DNA of 32,000 nucleotides from an uncultured archaeon. GTDB lineage: Archaea > Iainarchaeota > Iainarchaeia > Iainarchaeales > JAAZKV01. How positions within the stretch are numbered: the stretch's first letter is position 1; every line of letters begins with the position of its first letter. The DNA lies in the NCBI GenBank assembly GCA_964551375.1, contig CAZKBG010000001.1, forward strand, positions 480,001-512,000. Direction: 5' to 3'. This document shows positions 8,550 to 17,880 of the stretch, piece after piece. Below the pieces are notes generated by a model that searched no databases, was not told where the DNA came from, and saw only the letters and a list, made by a program, of their open reading frames with translations. The translations under genes and the position numbers were made by a program.

Positions 8550-9248
8550 TCATTTTTTTATCAAATAAGTAATCCTATATTTCTGAGTTCTGTCCTCTTC
8601 TTCCCCAATAAGTTTCTTTGACAGCTTTGGCGTAGTTTTGTATAACTTTGCAAGTTTTCGTGCAACTCTATTAGCCGCTTTTTTTGAGCCAATCCACAAA
8701 TCATACCCAGTAGGACCCTTTTGAGTCTTAACAACAGCTGAAAGAGAATCCTTTGACTGCTCGCTTGCCAAAAACTCTTTAGCAATCTGCATCATAGGCT
8801 CAGCGTCTTCAGCGCTTGAAGAGCGGAGCTGAATAATCGCTTCACGATAATTTGAAACAAGCTTCATGCACGAATCGCACGAAACTTTCTGAAGGAAAAA
8901 CTCATAATCCTTCTTTTCTTCAAGAAGAACCTCATTAATAAAACCGGTTACATTAATGTGAGCAACAAAATCAACCTCTGTTAAAGGCTCAAGCTCAACA
9001 AACACTTTCGCCTGCTCAACATCAGAATTAACTTTCACTTTAGCAACAACGGCAGTGGCAACTAATTCATGGTTGTACTGTTCCCACCTGCCCTTCACCC
9101 TGATTTTCCCGCACTTAACGCACCGCTCAATTTCAAAATCTTTAATGCTAAAAAGAGAATGCTTCTTAAAATAACAATTAGCGCAAATACCGCTCACAAG
9201 AGAATCAGTGACTTTTCCGCACTTTGCGCAAAACTTTTCAAAACTCAT
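8550..9248 (-). CDS. NMD3-like zinc-ribbon protein (archaeal homolog of the 60S export adaptor), short form
   Basis: N-terminal CxxC series FCAKCGK...GICANCY...ERCVKCGKIRVKGRW, typical of the NMD3 N-terminal domain. The track start at 9257 is GTG; ATG 9248 (MSFEKF) is preferred. Confidence 0.55.
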   Translation of the reverse strand: MSFEKFCAKCGKVTDSLVSGICANCYFKKHSLFSIKDFEIERCVKCGKIRVKGRWEQYNHELVATAVVAKVKVNSDVEQAKVFVELEPLTEVDFVAHINVTGFINEVLLEEKKDYEFFLQKVSCDSCMKLVSNYREAIIQLRSSSAEDAEPMMQIAKEFLASEQSKDSLSAVVKTQKGPTGYDLWIGSKKAANRVARKLAKLYKTTPKLSKKLIGEEEDRTQKYRITYLIKK

Positions 9249-9301
9249 TAAAAACACGCTAAAAATAAACCAGCTAAAAAACCCAAACTAAAAAAAATTT
9301 T

Positions 9302-10600
9302 TCAGCCAAACTCAATCTTCTTGCCCATCTGCACTGGACTAGCTTTAATTCCAGTTTCATCCTTGATTTTCTGGGCAAAGATTTGCATAACTTTCTTATC
9401 CCCGTGAACCATGAAAATTTCTTTAGGACTCCACTTCTTAATCGCAGTAATCATCTCACTCTGAGACGGATGAGCAGAGAATTCAAATTTTTCATATCTG
9501 CACCCAACTTTAACTATCTGATTATTCTCAGGATTAGGAATCTTTCCCTCATCAAGAAGCATTCTTCCAGGAGTTCCTTCCGCCTGATAAGAAGTCAAAT
9601 GAATCTTGCTTCTCGGATCGTTAATTACTTTCTTTAAATAATGCTGAACAGGACCCCCTTTCATCATTCCCGAAGTTGAAACAATAATCCCCGGCTTCTT
9701 CATAGCTTGAGCTCTTCCCTGCTTGCCCTGCACCCACTCAACATCATTAAGCGCTTTCTTAAAACCCTTAGAATCTTTCACAAGCTCAGGATACTTAAAA
9801 TAAACTTCAGAAACCTGCTTTCCCATGCCGTCAAAATAAATAGGCGCGTCAATTTTATACTTTGAAAGAATATCAATAATTTCCTGGCTTCTGCCAATTG
9901 CAAGAACAGGAACAATCGCCCAGCCGCCCCTTTCAACAGTGCTTTGAACAGACTCACAGAACGCTTTCTCTTCAAGCTTTCTATCCTGCTGTTCTCTATC
10001 GCCGTAAGTAGATTCAGTCATCAAATAATCAATCTTACCCATCTCAAGATTAGCTCCTGTGTGAAGCTGGGTTTCAATAACCTTGTAATCCCCAGTGTAA
10101 ACAAAAGTATTCTCGCCGTAAGTGAATTTAGTCATTGCAGAACCCAAAATGTGCCCCGCATCAAAAAACTCTAAAGACAAATCGCTTGCAATATTTAATT
10201 TCTTATTATAAGGCGCAACAAAATTATACCTATGCGTTCTCTCAATTTCAACCTTATTATACTTTGGAGCCATCCCCTCAAATTCAGCAATTTTAATAGA
10301 ATCCTTCCACAAAATATCAGCAAGTTCCAAAGTCGGCTGAGTCATAAAACTAAGACACTCTGAATTCTTGTAAAAATAAGGCAAAAGACCCGAGTGGTCA
10401 AGATGCGCGTGCGAAATAACAACCGCTTTAACATGCTCATTAATCTCAAGAGGATACTCAATAGCGTCAATATTTAATTTAATTCCATAATCAAGGAGGA
10501 ATTTTTCCCCAAAATCAAGAACAAACGCGCTTCTTCCAACTTCCTCGCACGCACCGTACCCAGTAATTCCAAATTTCTTACTCACCATAAAAATAACCAT
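9302..10600 (-). CDS. beta-CASP family metallo-beta-lactamase RNase (aCPSF2-like, no KH domains)
   Basis: MBL motif HAHLDHSG, DAGHILGS, ESTYGD, and C-terminal MVHGD (beta-CASP motif C). About 430 aa. Confidence 0.85.
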   Translation of the reverse strand: MVIFMVSKKFGITGYGACEEVGRSAFVLDFGEKFLLDYGIKLNIDAIEYPLEINEHVKAVVISHAHLDHSGLLPYFYKNSECLSFMTQPTLELADILWKDSIKIAEFEGMAPKYNKVEIERTHRYNFVAPYNKKLNIASDLSLEFFDAGHILGSAMTKFTYGENTFVYTGDYKVIETQLHTGANLEMGKIDYLMTESTYGDREQQDRKLEEKAFCESVQSTVERGGWAIVPVLAIGRSQEIIDILSKYKIDAPIYFDGMGKQVSEVYFKYPELVKDSKGFKKALNDVEWVQGKQGRAQAMKKPGIIVSTSGMMKGGPVQHYLKKVINDPRSKIHLTSYQAEGTPGRMLLDEGKIPNPENNQIVKVGCRYEKFEFSAHPSQSEMITAIKKWSPKEIFMVHGDKKVMQIFAQKIKDETGIKASPVQMGKKIEFG

Positions 10601-10697
10601 TTTCCAGATAACAAAGTAATATTAAAATCCTTTATATGCCTTTGCCCTAAAGAAGATAACCGACAAAGTCAAACAAAACAACCAAACAAAATAAATG

Positions 10698-10744
10698 AAA
10701 AAAACAATAAAAGAAAATAAAATGAAAAGGGCAAAACGCCCCTT
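10698..10744 (-). terminator. short hairpin plus T-runs downstream of the 10762 gene (minus strand)
   Basis: GGGC(10729-32)/GCCC(10738-41) stem with a 5-nt loop. On the minus strand it is followed by T-rich sequence including a T7 run (complement of 10698-10704). Confidence 0.3.
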
Positions 10745-10761
10745 CATTTTGAACTAATTAT

Positions 10762-11817
10762 TTAGCACTGACCGCCGGCAACTGTTGAAGTTGTCGAGCT
10801 TAGAGTAACATTACACTCGCTAGGCGCAGTTGTAAATGAATTACAAATTGCCTGCTTGTACCCTTCAGAATTACCGTACTGGTAAACCGCAGGAGTAGTT
10901 ACCCCATTGATTAACAATGTAGGCGAGCCAGTAGCGCCAGCAGCGTTTGAAGCAACTTCGCTTTGCGCCATTAGAGCAACTCCTTCCTTAGCAACACAGT
11001 CATTAATCAACGCCTTGTTCAAATCAATTAGAGCCGCAGCGCTTTCCCAGCATGAACCGTTACTTCCGCAGTTGTCATTCACAAGAGTTGAGAAATAAAA
11101 CCACTTGTTCATGTCGTAGTACTTAGCAACGCAAGCTTCTCTCTGATTCTGAACTGCTTCCGGAGCTCCGTGCAAAGAATCAACATTATTTCCGCTTACC
11201 GAAACAATGTAATGCACATTGAAATCCGCTTTGTCCTTTAATAATTCGAAAACAGGGAACATTGTGTCTTCAGCCTGATTCCCGTAAGGACAAAAACTCA
11301 TAACGTAGAGGTCAACAACAGGCTTAGCTGTCTTAACAGGCTCAACGCTCGCAGTCGGAGTAGGTTCAGTTTTTGGCAAATCCTTTGTCATGTCAAACTT
11401 CTGACCAATCAAAAGATTTTCCCCGCTGGCATAAACATTTCCAGCAGCAACTTCTTTTCCTGCCTGAAGAATTGAGTATTTTAGCTCCATCAAGCCTCCG
11501 CCTAAATCATTAACATCCGAAATACTAGCCGAAACTGTATCGTCCAAAAGCAAATTCTTGTTAATGAAATCCCCAACTTTAGTTTTCAAAGCCGAAGTAT
11601 CAACACTTGCTGTATTTGTTGAAGTTGTAGAAACCTTGTCCGAATTCAGACCAGCTCCATAACCAACATATGTGCCTGCAAGAGCAGCAATTAACACAAG
11701 CACAAGCATTACAACCACAGTAGCCAAACTAAATCCTAATAGCTTGTCTTCCGCGGGTTTGGATTCAGCATCATGCTCGTGATGAGCAGAATGATGAACC
11801 TTATGTTCTTTACTCAT
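10762..11817 (-). CDS. membrane-anchored extracytoplasmic thioredoxin-fold (DsbA/GILT-like) protein with His-rich N-terminus
   Basis: His-rich MSKEHKVHHSAHHEHD, a TM helix, a T/S linker, then VDLYVMSFCPYGNQ...VHYIV...HGAPE...C...GATGSPTLLINGV, resembling a DsbA-like fold. The active-site position reads CPYG (single Cys). Confidence 0.5.
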   Translation of the reverse strand: MSKEHKVHHSAHHEHDAESKPAEDKLLGFSLATVVVMLVLVLIAALAGTYVGYGAGLNSDKVSTTSTNTASVDTSALKTKVGDFINKNLLLDDTVSASISDVNDLGGGLMELKYSILQAGKEVAAGNVYASGENLLIGQKFDMTKDLPKTEPTPTASVEPVKTAKPVVDLYVMSFCPYGNQAEDTMFPVFELLKDKADFNVHYIVSVSGNNVDSLHGAPEAVQNQREACVAKYYDMNKWFYFSTLVNDNCGSNGSCWESAAALIDLNKALINDCVAKEGVALMAQSEVASNAAGATGSPTLLINGVTTPAVYQYGNSEGYKQAICNSFTTAPSECNVTLSSTTSTVAGGQC

Positions 11818-11841
11818 AATATAACCCCCTATAGAGTAACT

Positions 11842-12294
11842 TTAAGTCCACTTGCTACTATTTAGGTCGCAAGCAGGATTAACACCACCATTACTTGAAA
11901 TAACTTCCCCAGTCACAGGGTCCTTGCCGGCTAATTGATTCAACGTGCACGCAACACTTGAATCCGGCCCATTACAATTACCGTAAGCAATCCAATTATA
12001 AACCGCAAGACCGCCCACAAAAGCCGACCAAATCAAAGAAATCACCATCACAATAGTGACAATCATTGACAACGCTTCAAAATGCTTAAACACAAAACCC
12101 CCAAAAGGCTTGCTCATTTTAGCAATTTTTGAAGTAATCTTCATCTTCATCTTCTTATCAAAAGAAGACGTGCACTTGCGCAGAGTCGCTTTTCTAAAAA
12201 CACAATCAGCCGCTTCCAAAAAATAAGACCTGTACTTGGCCGAAAAAATGCCAAGAACAGCAAAAACAAAAAGAGCAATAAAGCAAATAACCAT
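11842..12294 (-). CDS. hypothetical Cys-containing membrane protein
   Basis: ATG start. Two TM helices. Cys pair ADCVFRKATLRKC after TM1, and three further Cys in the C-terminal presumed external tail (GNCNGPDSSVAC...NPAC). Lies 24 nt upstream of the thioredoxin-fold gene on the same strand. Confidence 0.5.
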   Translation of the reverse strand: MVICFIALFVFAVLGIFSAKYRSYFLEAADCVFRKATLRKCTSSFDKKMKMKITSKIAKMSKPFGGFVFKHFEALSMIVTIVMVISLIWSAFVGGLAVYNWIAYGNCNGPDSSVACTLNQLAGKDPVTGEVISSNGGVNPACDLNSSKWT

Positions 12295-12479
12295 TAACTA
12301 AAACCCCGGATTTTACGTCTTTAACTGAAAAAATCAGCAGGAAAATGTTTAAAAACAGAGGCAAAACGTTCTCCAAAAACCCACCTGCCGCCAAGAATGC
12401 GCTCGAAAATAAAAAACAACCAAACGGTTGAACAAAAAACAACTTTAACCATAATAAGGGGCCAAACAGCAGTTAATTC

Positions 12480-12647
12480 ATGGAAGAACGAATAATAGAA
12501 TACAAAAACAACTCCGAAATAGAGCCGATTATAATAAAACTGACCAAAGAAAACTTCCTTCTTGTAAAACACGCAATCAGAAACAAAACGCTTTACTTCA
12601 AAAAAATAACTTCCCCTCCAGAAACCCATTCAATAATACTAATGTGA
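12480..12647 (+). CDS. possible small protein (55 aa), not in the ORF track
   Basis: Hand translation from ATG 12480: MEERIIEYKNNSEIEPIIIKLTKENFLLVKHAIRNKTLYFKKITSPPETHSIILM, stop TGA at 12645-12647. It ends 11 nt before the next gene's ATG. Its composition is protein-like, unlike the Phe-rich antisense ORFs covering this region. Confidence 0.25.
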   Translation: MEERIIEYKNNSEIEPIIIKLTKENFLLVKHAIRNKTLYFKKITSPPETHSIILM

Positions 12648-12658
12648 GGCTGAATAAA

Positions 12659-12970
12659 ATGTTTAGTGTAATAGACAACGCATACCTAAGAAAAGCATAC
12701 GAAAACCAGAAAATCACAATCAAACACCAAAAAATACTTTTCATACTGCTGCACGATAAAAAATACTACGAAAAAGGAGAACTCTTAGGACTCACAAACC
12801 AATCACTAGAAGAACTTGACGAACTCCTAATTGACTTAGAAAAAACGGGGCTAATAACAGTAGAAGGATGGCTTGTAAAAATAGCCGACCACGCAAAACT
12901 ATTCTCAACAATCGACGAAGAACCCCAAAAAATAAAAATAACCCAAAAACGAACTAAAAAAAGGGTTTAA
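12659..12970 (+). CDS. small winged-helix (MarR/TrmB-like) DNA-binding protein
   Basis: KILFILLHDKKYYEKGELLGLTNQSLEELDELLIDLEKTGLITVEG has a wHTH pattern. The track start at 12644 is GTG; ATG 12659 is preferred. Confidence 0.5.
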   Translation: MFSVIDNAYLRKAYENQKITIKHQKILFILLHDKKYYEKGELLGLTNQSLEELDELLIDLEKTGLITVEGWLVKIADHAKLFSTIDEEPQKIKITQKRTKKRV

Positions 12971-12994
12971 ATAAAAAACGCCTCAATAATAAGT

Positions 12995-13831
12995 ATGCTA
13001 ACCGAAACACTCGCGCCAATATTTGGCAACAACACAACAAAAGCGCTAATCATCCAAACACTAACCGAAAAACCCCTCACAATCAAAGAAATACACACAA
13101 GAATCCAAAAAACCACAAACAAAAACATAACCTACCAAGCAATGCACAAAGCAACAAAAGAAATGATAACAGACCAAATACTCGAAAAACACGGAAAACA
13201 AGTGAGGATAAATAAAGAGTGGGTTGAAAAGTTAGCAAAATTAACTGAACAATTACAAAATCAAAAAGATTACAAAACAGTAAGTTCAACCATACAAAAA
13301 TTTGAATATAACACATTTTCAGAATTTGGAAAAGCGATTCTGCGTGAATGGATGAAGATTCAAAATCCAAATAACTTGACTAGTTTTTGCATTCTCAACC
13401 ATGCTTGGCCATTAATGAGCATGGATAAAGAAGACTGGACATTATTTCAGAAGCTTTTTACAAATGAAAAATTTTACGGCATAATATCAAACAGCACCCA
13501 ATTAGACATCGCTTTTGAGAAGCCATTTGAAACATTTGGAAAACGAGTGATAGTTGATCCAACATTAAATTTAGAATATGACTTAATAATAATAGGCGAC
13601 TCAATAACCCAAGTATATTTTGAAAAAAGCTTTAAACAAGAACATGATAAATTATTTAGAAAGTATAAAAAACTTGATGAAAAAGCTGTGCGTGCTTTAA
13701 CTGAACATTTTTTAATCAATAAAACGCGAATAGTTGCCCTTTTGATAACTGACCCACAACTTGCTGAACTTAATAGAAGGAATGCACTGTCAATTGTTGA
13801 AAAGTCAATCAAAAAGCACAAAACAAAATAA
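12995..13831 (+). CDS. wHTH protein with an uncharacterised C-terminal domain of about 190 aa
   Basis: N-terminal KALIIQTLTEKPLTIKEIHTRIQKTTNKNITYQAMHKATKEMITDQILEKHGKQVRINKEW is wHTH-like. The remainder is unrecognised. Confidence 0.5.
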   Translation: MLTETLAPIFGNNTTKALIIQTLTEKPLTIKEIHTRIQKTTNKNITYQAMHKATKEMITDQILEKHGKQVRINKEWVEKLAKLTEQLQNQKDYKTVSSTIQKFEYNTFSEFGKAILREWMKIQNPNNLTSFCILNHAWPLMSMDKEDWTLFQKLFTNEKFYGIISNSTQLDIAFEKPFETFGKRVIVDPTLNLEYDLIIIGDSITQVYFEKSFKQEHDKLFRKYKKLDEKAVRALTEHFLINKTRIVALLITDPQLAELNRRNALSIVEKSIKKHKTK

Positions 13832-13867
13832 TATTAAGTAAAAAGAACTATTCTACACAGTGGTTTT

Positions 13868-15106
13868 GTGGTTTTTGACATAAGTATTGGAACAAGCCAA
13901 AACTGGGATGCCAAAACAGCAACTTTAGAGGCTCTAAAAACAGCATTAAAAGGAACTGATCCCCCAAAATTTGCCCTCGTTTTTGCAACAATTCATTACT
14001 TAAAAAATAAAGGCTTACAACAGATACTTGATACAGTATATCAAAATGTTCCAAAAAGCACGCCTTTAATTGGAGGGACAGTTGCTGGATTTATGAATAA
14101 ATCTGGTGTATTTACAAGAGGATTAACTGTATTATTTGCATATTCTGACGAGATAGATGTAAAAGCTAATATTGGCTATAACACAAAAAGATCCCCTACA
14201 ATAGCTGCAAAAGATTGTTCAAAAGGATTATTATCAACTACTGGTAAAAAAAATAATTTTATATTTCTAGTATCAAGTGCTGTTGTTCCAAATGTCCCAA
14301 TATTTAATAAAAAGGTTGTACAGTTAAGCGCAATATCCCCTTTTGTAAAAATATTTGATACATTTTCTTCGCTTTTACAAATTGGACCAAGCAGAGACGA
14401 AACTGTGTTTAATGAATTCTCAAACGAGATGAAAGATAGTGTTGGAATTGGCGGAGGCGTTTGTGATAATTTAGAATTATTTAATAATTATGTATTTTAC
14501 AATAACAAAGTTATAACAAATAGTGTTGTAGCTCTTGCGATTAGCAGTAATACTCAATACACTGTTAGAACCAGTAGCCGATTATTCCCAACTCAAAAGA
14601 AGCTCAATATAAGCAAATTATCAAAAAGTAGATATGTTATAGAAAAAATAAATGGCAACCCCCCTCTTGACGAATATCTAAAAATAATGGGTTGGCCAAA
14701 AGACTTTATTGATGAACGAATGTACCGAAAAATATTTTATTACCCAATAATAAATGAAGCTAATAAAAATAAAGAATCTCGAATGTTTGGTTTGGTTTAT
14801 GGAAATCAATTTATTTGCCCAATGAAAATTTATCCTGGAGAAAGCCAATTATACACATCATCAGGAAAAGACTTAATAGATTCAATAACTGATGTTACTG
14901 GCGATGAGAAATCTAAATTTACATTCATTGTTTCATGCGGCACTAGACTTGAAACACTTGGACACAAAGCATACTTAATAAACCAAAAGATATTAGAAAA
15001 ACACGACGGCAACTTCCTTGTAATATATACTGCAGGAGAATATTCGAAAGACACTACTAATATAAAAACAAATTATCAGACAGATAATTCATTGTCCTTT
15101 TACTAA
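13868..15106 (+). CDS. FIST (FIST_N + FIST_C) sensory-domain protein, stand-alone
   Basis: FIST_N-like PKFALVFATIHY...LQQILDTVYQNVPKSTPLIGGTVAGFM. FIST_C-like FTFIVSCGTRLETLG...FLVIYTAGEY. GTG start (first canonical start after the in-frame TAA at 13835). Confidence 0.65.
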   Translation: MVFDISIGTSQNWDAKTATLEALKTALKGTDPPKFALVFATIHYLKNKGLQQILDTVYQNVPKSTPLIGGTVAGFMNKSGVFTRGLTVLFAYSDEIDVKANIGYNTKRSPTIAAKDCSKGLLSTTGKKNNFIFLVSSAVVPNVPIFNKKVVQLSAISPFVKIFDTFSSLLQIGPSRDETVFNEFSNEMKDSVGIGGGVCDNLELFNNYVFYNNKVITNSVVALAISSNTQYTVRTSSRLFPTQKKLNISKLSKSRYVIEKINGNPPLDEYLKIMGWPKDFIDERMYRKIFYYPIINEANKNKESRMFGLVYGNQFICPMKIYPGESQLYTSSGKDLIDSITDVTGDEKSKFTFIVSCGTRLETLGHKAYLINQKILEKHDGNFLVIYTAGEYSKDTTNIKTNYQTDNSLSFY

Positions 15107-16210
15107 TTCTTTTAATTCATCAACCGAGTGTGTTTTATAAAACTTAGTTGCTTCATCCAGAGGAATAATTCCTGCAATTGACAACATCAAAATCAATCCA
15201 CTTTTCTTTTGATCTTTAAATGAATAAATCTTTTTCACCAATTTAAGTAATGCATCTGATTCTTCAAATTGTTTTGATAGTGGATTGGATTTAATCTTCT
15301 TGCCAATATTCTTACCCAAATAATCCCCCATTATGATTGCAGGTAGTATGCCCTCAACGAAAGGTTTGAAATTATCATTCGCGGAGTCCCCAACAGAATA
15401 AACATTTCCAAATACCCTTTTTTTAGTAACATAAAAAAAAGGGGCTTTTTTACTTTTATTTTTAACAAACTTGGCTGAAGAAACTTGCTTTTTCACAATA
15501 GGCAAATCTAAGAACTCATAAAAATATTTTTCAATTGGCTTCGTAGGGGCAATTCCACCAACTCCAACATTAGCAACCCCCTTCCCTTTCGGAAATATGT
15601 AAGCATACCCTTTTGGAGTAAATTCACCAAAAAATATTTGCTCTTTATTATCATCAATTAGTTCTACCCCATGCAACTCCCAAGAATAAACGTCTGCGTA
15701 TTGACCTTTTTTTAATTTATAAACTCCAAGCAGAGTTAAAGTTTTTGATTCCACCCCATCAGCAGCAACTACATACTTAGGAAATATTTCAATATATTTT
15801 CCGTTATTATTTACTATTACAGAATTAATTTTTGATTTAGACTTATTTATCTTAACCAACTCTGTTGATGTCAAAACTTGTCCTCCGTTTGACATTACCT
15901 CGTTTGATAGCCACTTTTCAAATCCAGCTCTATTAAGTGAAAAAGATTTCCAAAACCCATCTTTTAAATTAAGCGAAACACCTTCTGAATAAAATATCAT
16001 CCCATCCATTTCCAAATCAAGATATTTCTTAGGAATTGAAAATGGTAATGCAGGTAATAAATATGCAGCAATTCCCTCAGCACATCTAATATCTTCACCA
16101 ATTTCGCTTTTCTTATCAATACAAATTACTGATTTATTATTTAACCGAGCTGCACGAGCAACACTCAATCCCGCAGGCCCTGCGCCAATTACCAAAACAT
16201 CACAATTCAT
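15089..16210 (-). CDS. geranylgeranyl reductase family FAD-dependent oxidoreductase (paralog 1)
   Basis: MNCDVLVIGAGPAGLSVARAA dinucleotide-binding motif and VYSVGDSAN (GD motif). The track start at 16246 is TTG; ATG 16210 gives the canonical N-terminus. Confidence 0.8.
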   Translation of the reverse strand: MNCDVLVIGAGPAGLSVARAARLNNKSVICIDKKSEIGEDIRCAEGIAAYLLPALPFSIPKKYLDLEMDGMIFYSEGVSLNLKDGFWKSFSLNRAGFEKWLSNEVMSNGGQVLTSTELVKINKSKSKINSVIVNNNGKYIEIFPKYVVAADGVESKTLTLLGVYKLKKGQYADVYSWELHGVELIDDNKEQIFFGEFTPKGYAYIFPKGKGVANVGVGGIAPTKPIEKYFYEFLDLPIVKKQVSSAKFVKNKSKKAPFFYVTKKRVFGNVYSVGDSANDNFKPFVEGILPAIIMGDYLGKNIGKKIKSNPLSKQFEESDALLKLVKKIYSFKDQKKSGLILMLSIAGIIPLDEATKFYKTHSVDELKELVKGQ

Positions 16211-16246
16211 TAAATTCACTTTTTGTATACATTTTAACTTATCCAA

Positions 16247-17452
16247 CTATAAAAGCTTCAATCCCAACCCAACCGACTTTATTGGTCTTCTTAGCACTGC
16301 GGTGATTAAGTGTCTGATTTTATAATCATCAGAGTCAATCAATGAATCCAAGTGTTGTTTTTCGTTTAGGTAGTTTGCTGTTTCAACTAAGAAGTTAAAG
16401 TCTGCATTTGATAATTTGTCATAGGTTTTTCGGAGGTTTATGATGCTGGTTTCGGTTCCAAATTCCTTGTCAATTTTTTTAGCGTATGAGTTGAGCGCTT
16501 CTTTATTTGCGCCGATTGATTTTATTTCTTCAGCAAGCATTGCCCCTGAACGCATTGCGGGATTTACGCCGTAAGCAAATACAGGGCTCATGGTTCTTGC
16601 AGCATCTCCTGCGAAGGCAATATTTCCAATTACGCGCACTGATGTTTTTGAAATAGTCCTTTCTCCGCCGTTTTGTTTTATTGTCTTTGAGCCAAGCATT
16701 ATTCCATAAAGTTCCTGATTTTCTTTTATGAATTCTTTATATAGTTCTTTTATTGGGCGCTTAATCAAGGCTTTATTCACCACAAGCATGCACATTCCGA
16801 ATTTTTTTGATACTTTTCCAGCGAAGAAATATCCCCCCGGAGCATAATTTGCGTCAAAAAATATCGAGGTGGTTTTGTCTTCCATTCTTAACCCGGATAC
16901 AAGGGCTCCAAAGCCAAGAATTTCTGTTTTGTTTGATTCAGAAACCCCAAGCATTTCCATAAAATAGTTATCGCTACCTGTTGCTGCAACAACAATCTTT
17001 GGCTTAATTATGAACCGTTTTTCTTTGGACTCAACTATTACCGAACTAATTTTATTACCTGTTTTGTTAAGCTGGTGTATTCTTGTTGAAAAGAATAAAT
17101 TAACTTTGTTTCTTTTCATTGCTTTCATTATGGAATAATCAAGCGACTTTTTTGATTTTCCCCTCAAGAAAAACAAGTCATGCACTTTTGAAACAAAAGT
17201 GAATTTGTCATTAGGAGAGTACCATATTGATTTGTTTGTTTTGGCAAGAACTGAAAGTTTTAATTCAGAAACAAGTTCTCCAATCCCTTTGTTTTCAGTA
17301 ATATCAATTTTTTCAGTATGCATTGAGCCGGGAAACTTGCCCGCATCAATGCAGATTACTTTAAACCCGTTTTTTGCAAGCTTTGCCGCGCACACTCCGC
17401 CAGCGGGCCCAGCTCCGACAACTAATACATCACAGCGAGTTTCTTTTGCCAT
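16247..17452 (-). CDS. geranylgeranyl reductase family FAD-dependent oxidoreductase (paralog 2)
   Basis: CDVLVVGAGPAGGVCAAKLAKNG and IAFAGDAARTMSPVFAYGVNPAMRSG. About 400 aa. Confidence 0.8.
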   Translation of the reverse strand: MAKETRCDVLVVGAGPAGGVCAAKLAKNGFKVICIDAGKFPGSMHTEKIDITENKGIGELVSELKLSVLAKTNKSIWYSPNDKFTFVSKVHDLFFLRGKSKKSLDYSIMKAMKRNKVNLFFSTRIHQLNKTGNKISSVIVESKEKRFIIKPKIVVAATGSDNYFMEMLGVSESNKTEILGFGALVSGLRMEDKTTSIFFDANYAPGGYFFAGKVSKKFGMCMLVVNKALIKRPIKELYKEFIKENQELYGIMLGSKTIKQNGGERTISKTSVRVIGNIAFAGDAARTMSPVFAYGVNPAMRSGAMLAEEIKSIGANKEALNSYAKKIDKEFGTETSIINLRKTYDKLSNADFNFLVETANYLNEKQHLDSLIDSDDYKIRHLITAVLRRPIKSVGLGLKLL

Positions 17453-17478
17453 TGGTAAGCACTGCCTTTAATTTTTTG

Positions 17479-17865
17479 TTAAAACGAGGCGCCCTCTTCT
17501 TTTCTATCTATAATAATCTTTACTTTTCTTTTTGTATTTTCAACTTCAACATCAATCAAACCCATGTTTGCGAGCGAAGGAATTATTACAAGAAGCGAGA
17601 AAGTCTGGCTGATTGGAGCAAATATTATTGTGTAATCCCCAAGTTCAAAATTTAATCTGTCAATTTTATACACAAAAAAGTTTTCAATTATTGGAAAAAT
17701 CTGATTTGTTGTTTCTTTAACCCTGTTCCAAAGATTAACATCCTTTACTTTAAGCCCTTCAGGAATTACTCCCCCCAACCCTTTTTTTGCAAGCATGCAT
17801 GCGAGGACATCATCCATTTTGAGCAAATCGCCAAGAACTGCTAAAACTTCTTCCTTTTTACCCAT
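17479..17865 (-). CDS. Roadblock/LC7 (MglB-like) domain protein
   Basis: Profile-like LGDLLKMDDVLACMLAKKGLGGVIP ... LLVIIPSLANMGLIDVEVENTKRKV. 128 aa, the typical size for this domain. Confidence 0.55.
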   Translation of the reverse strand: MGKKEEVLAVLGDLLKMDDVLACMLAKKGLGGVIPEGLKVKDVNLWNRVKETTNQIFPIIENFFVYKIDRLNFELGDYTIIFAPISQTFSLLVIIPSLANMGLIDVEVENTKRKVKIIIDRKEEGASF

Positions 17866-17880
17866 AATAATTAGTACTTA

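Noticed and set aside
12206-12629. Minus-strand ORFs 12206..12442 and 12321..12629 in the gap before the wHTH/FIST array.
   Set aside because: Extremely Phe/Val-rich (complement of an A-rich spacer). One overlaps the 5' end of gene 11842..12294. No start context or motif. A plus-strand 55-codon ORF looks more protein-like.
13300-16250. Impression that the FIST/GGR1 region is more AT-rich than the rest (possible horizontal acquisition).
   Set aside because: Hand counts of a few 60-nt lines ranged from about 17% to 48% GC within this region and about 48% in one line elsewhere. Local variance is too high to conclude anything without a proper sliding-window calculation.
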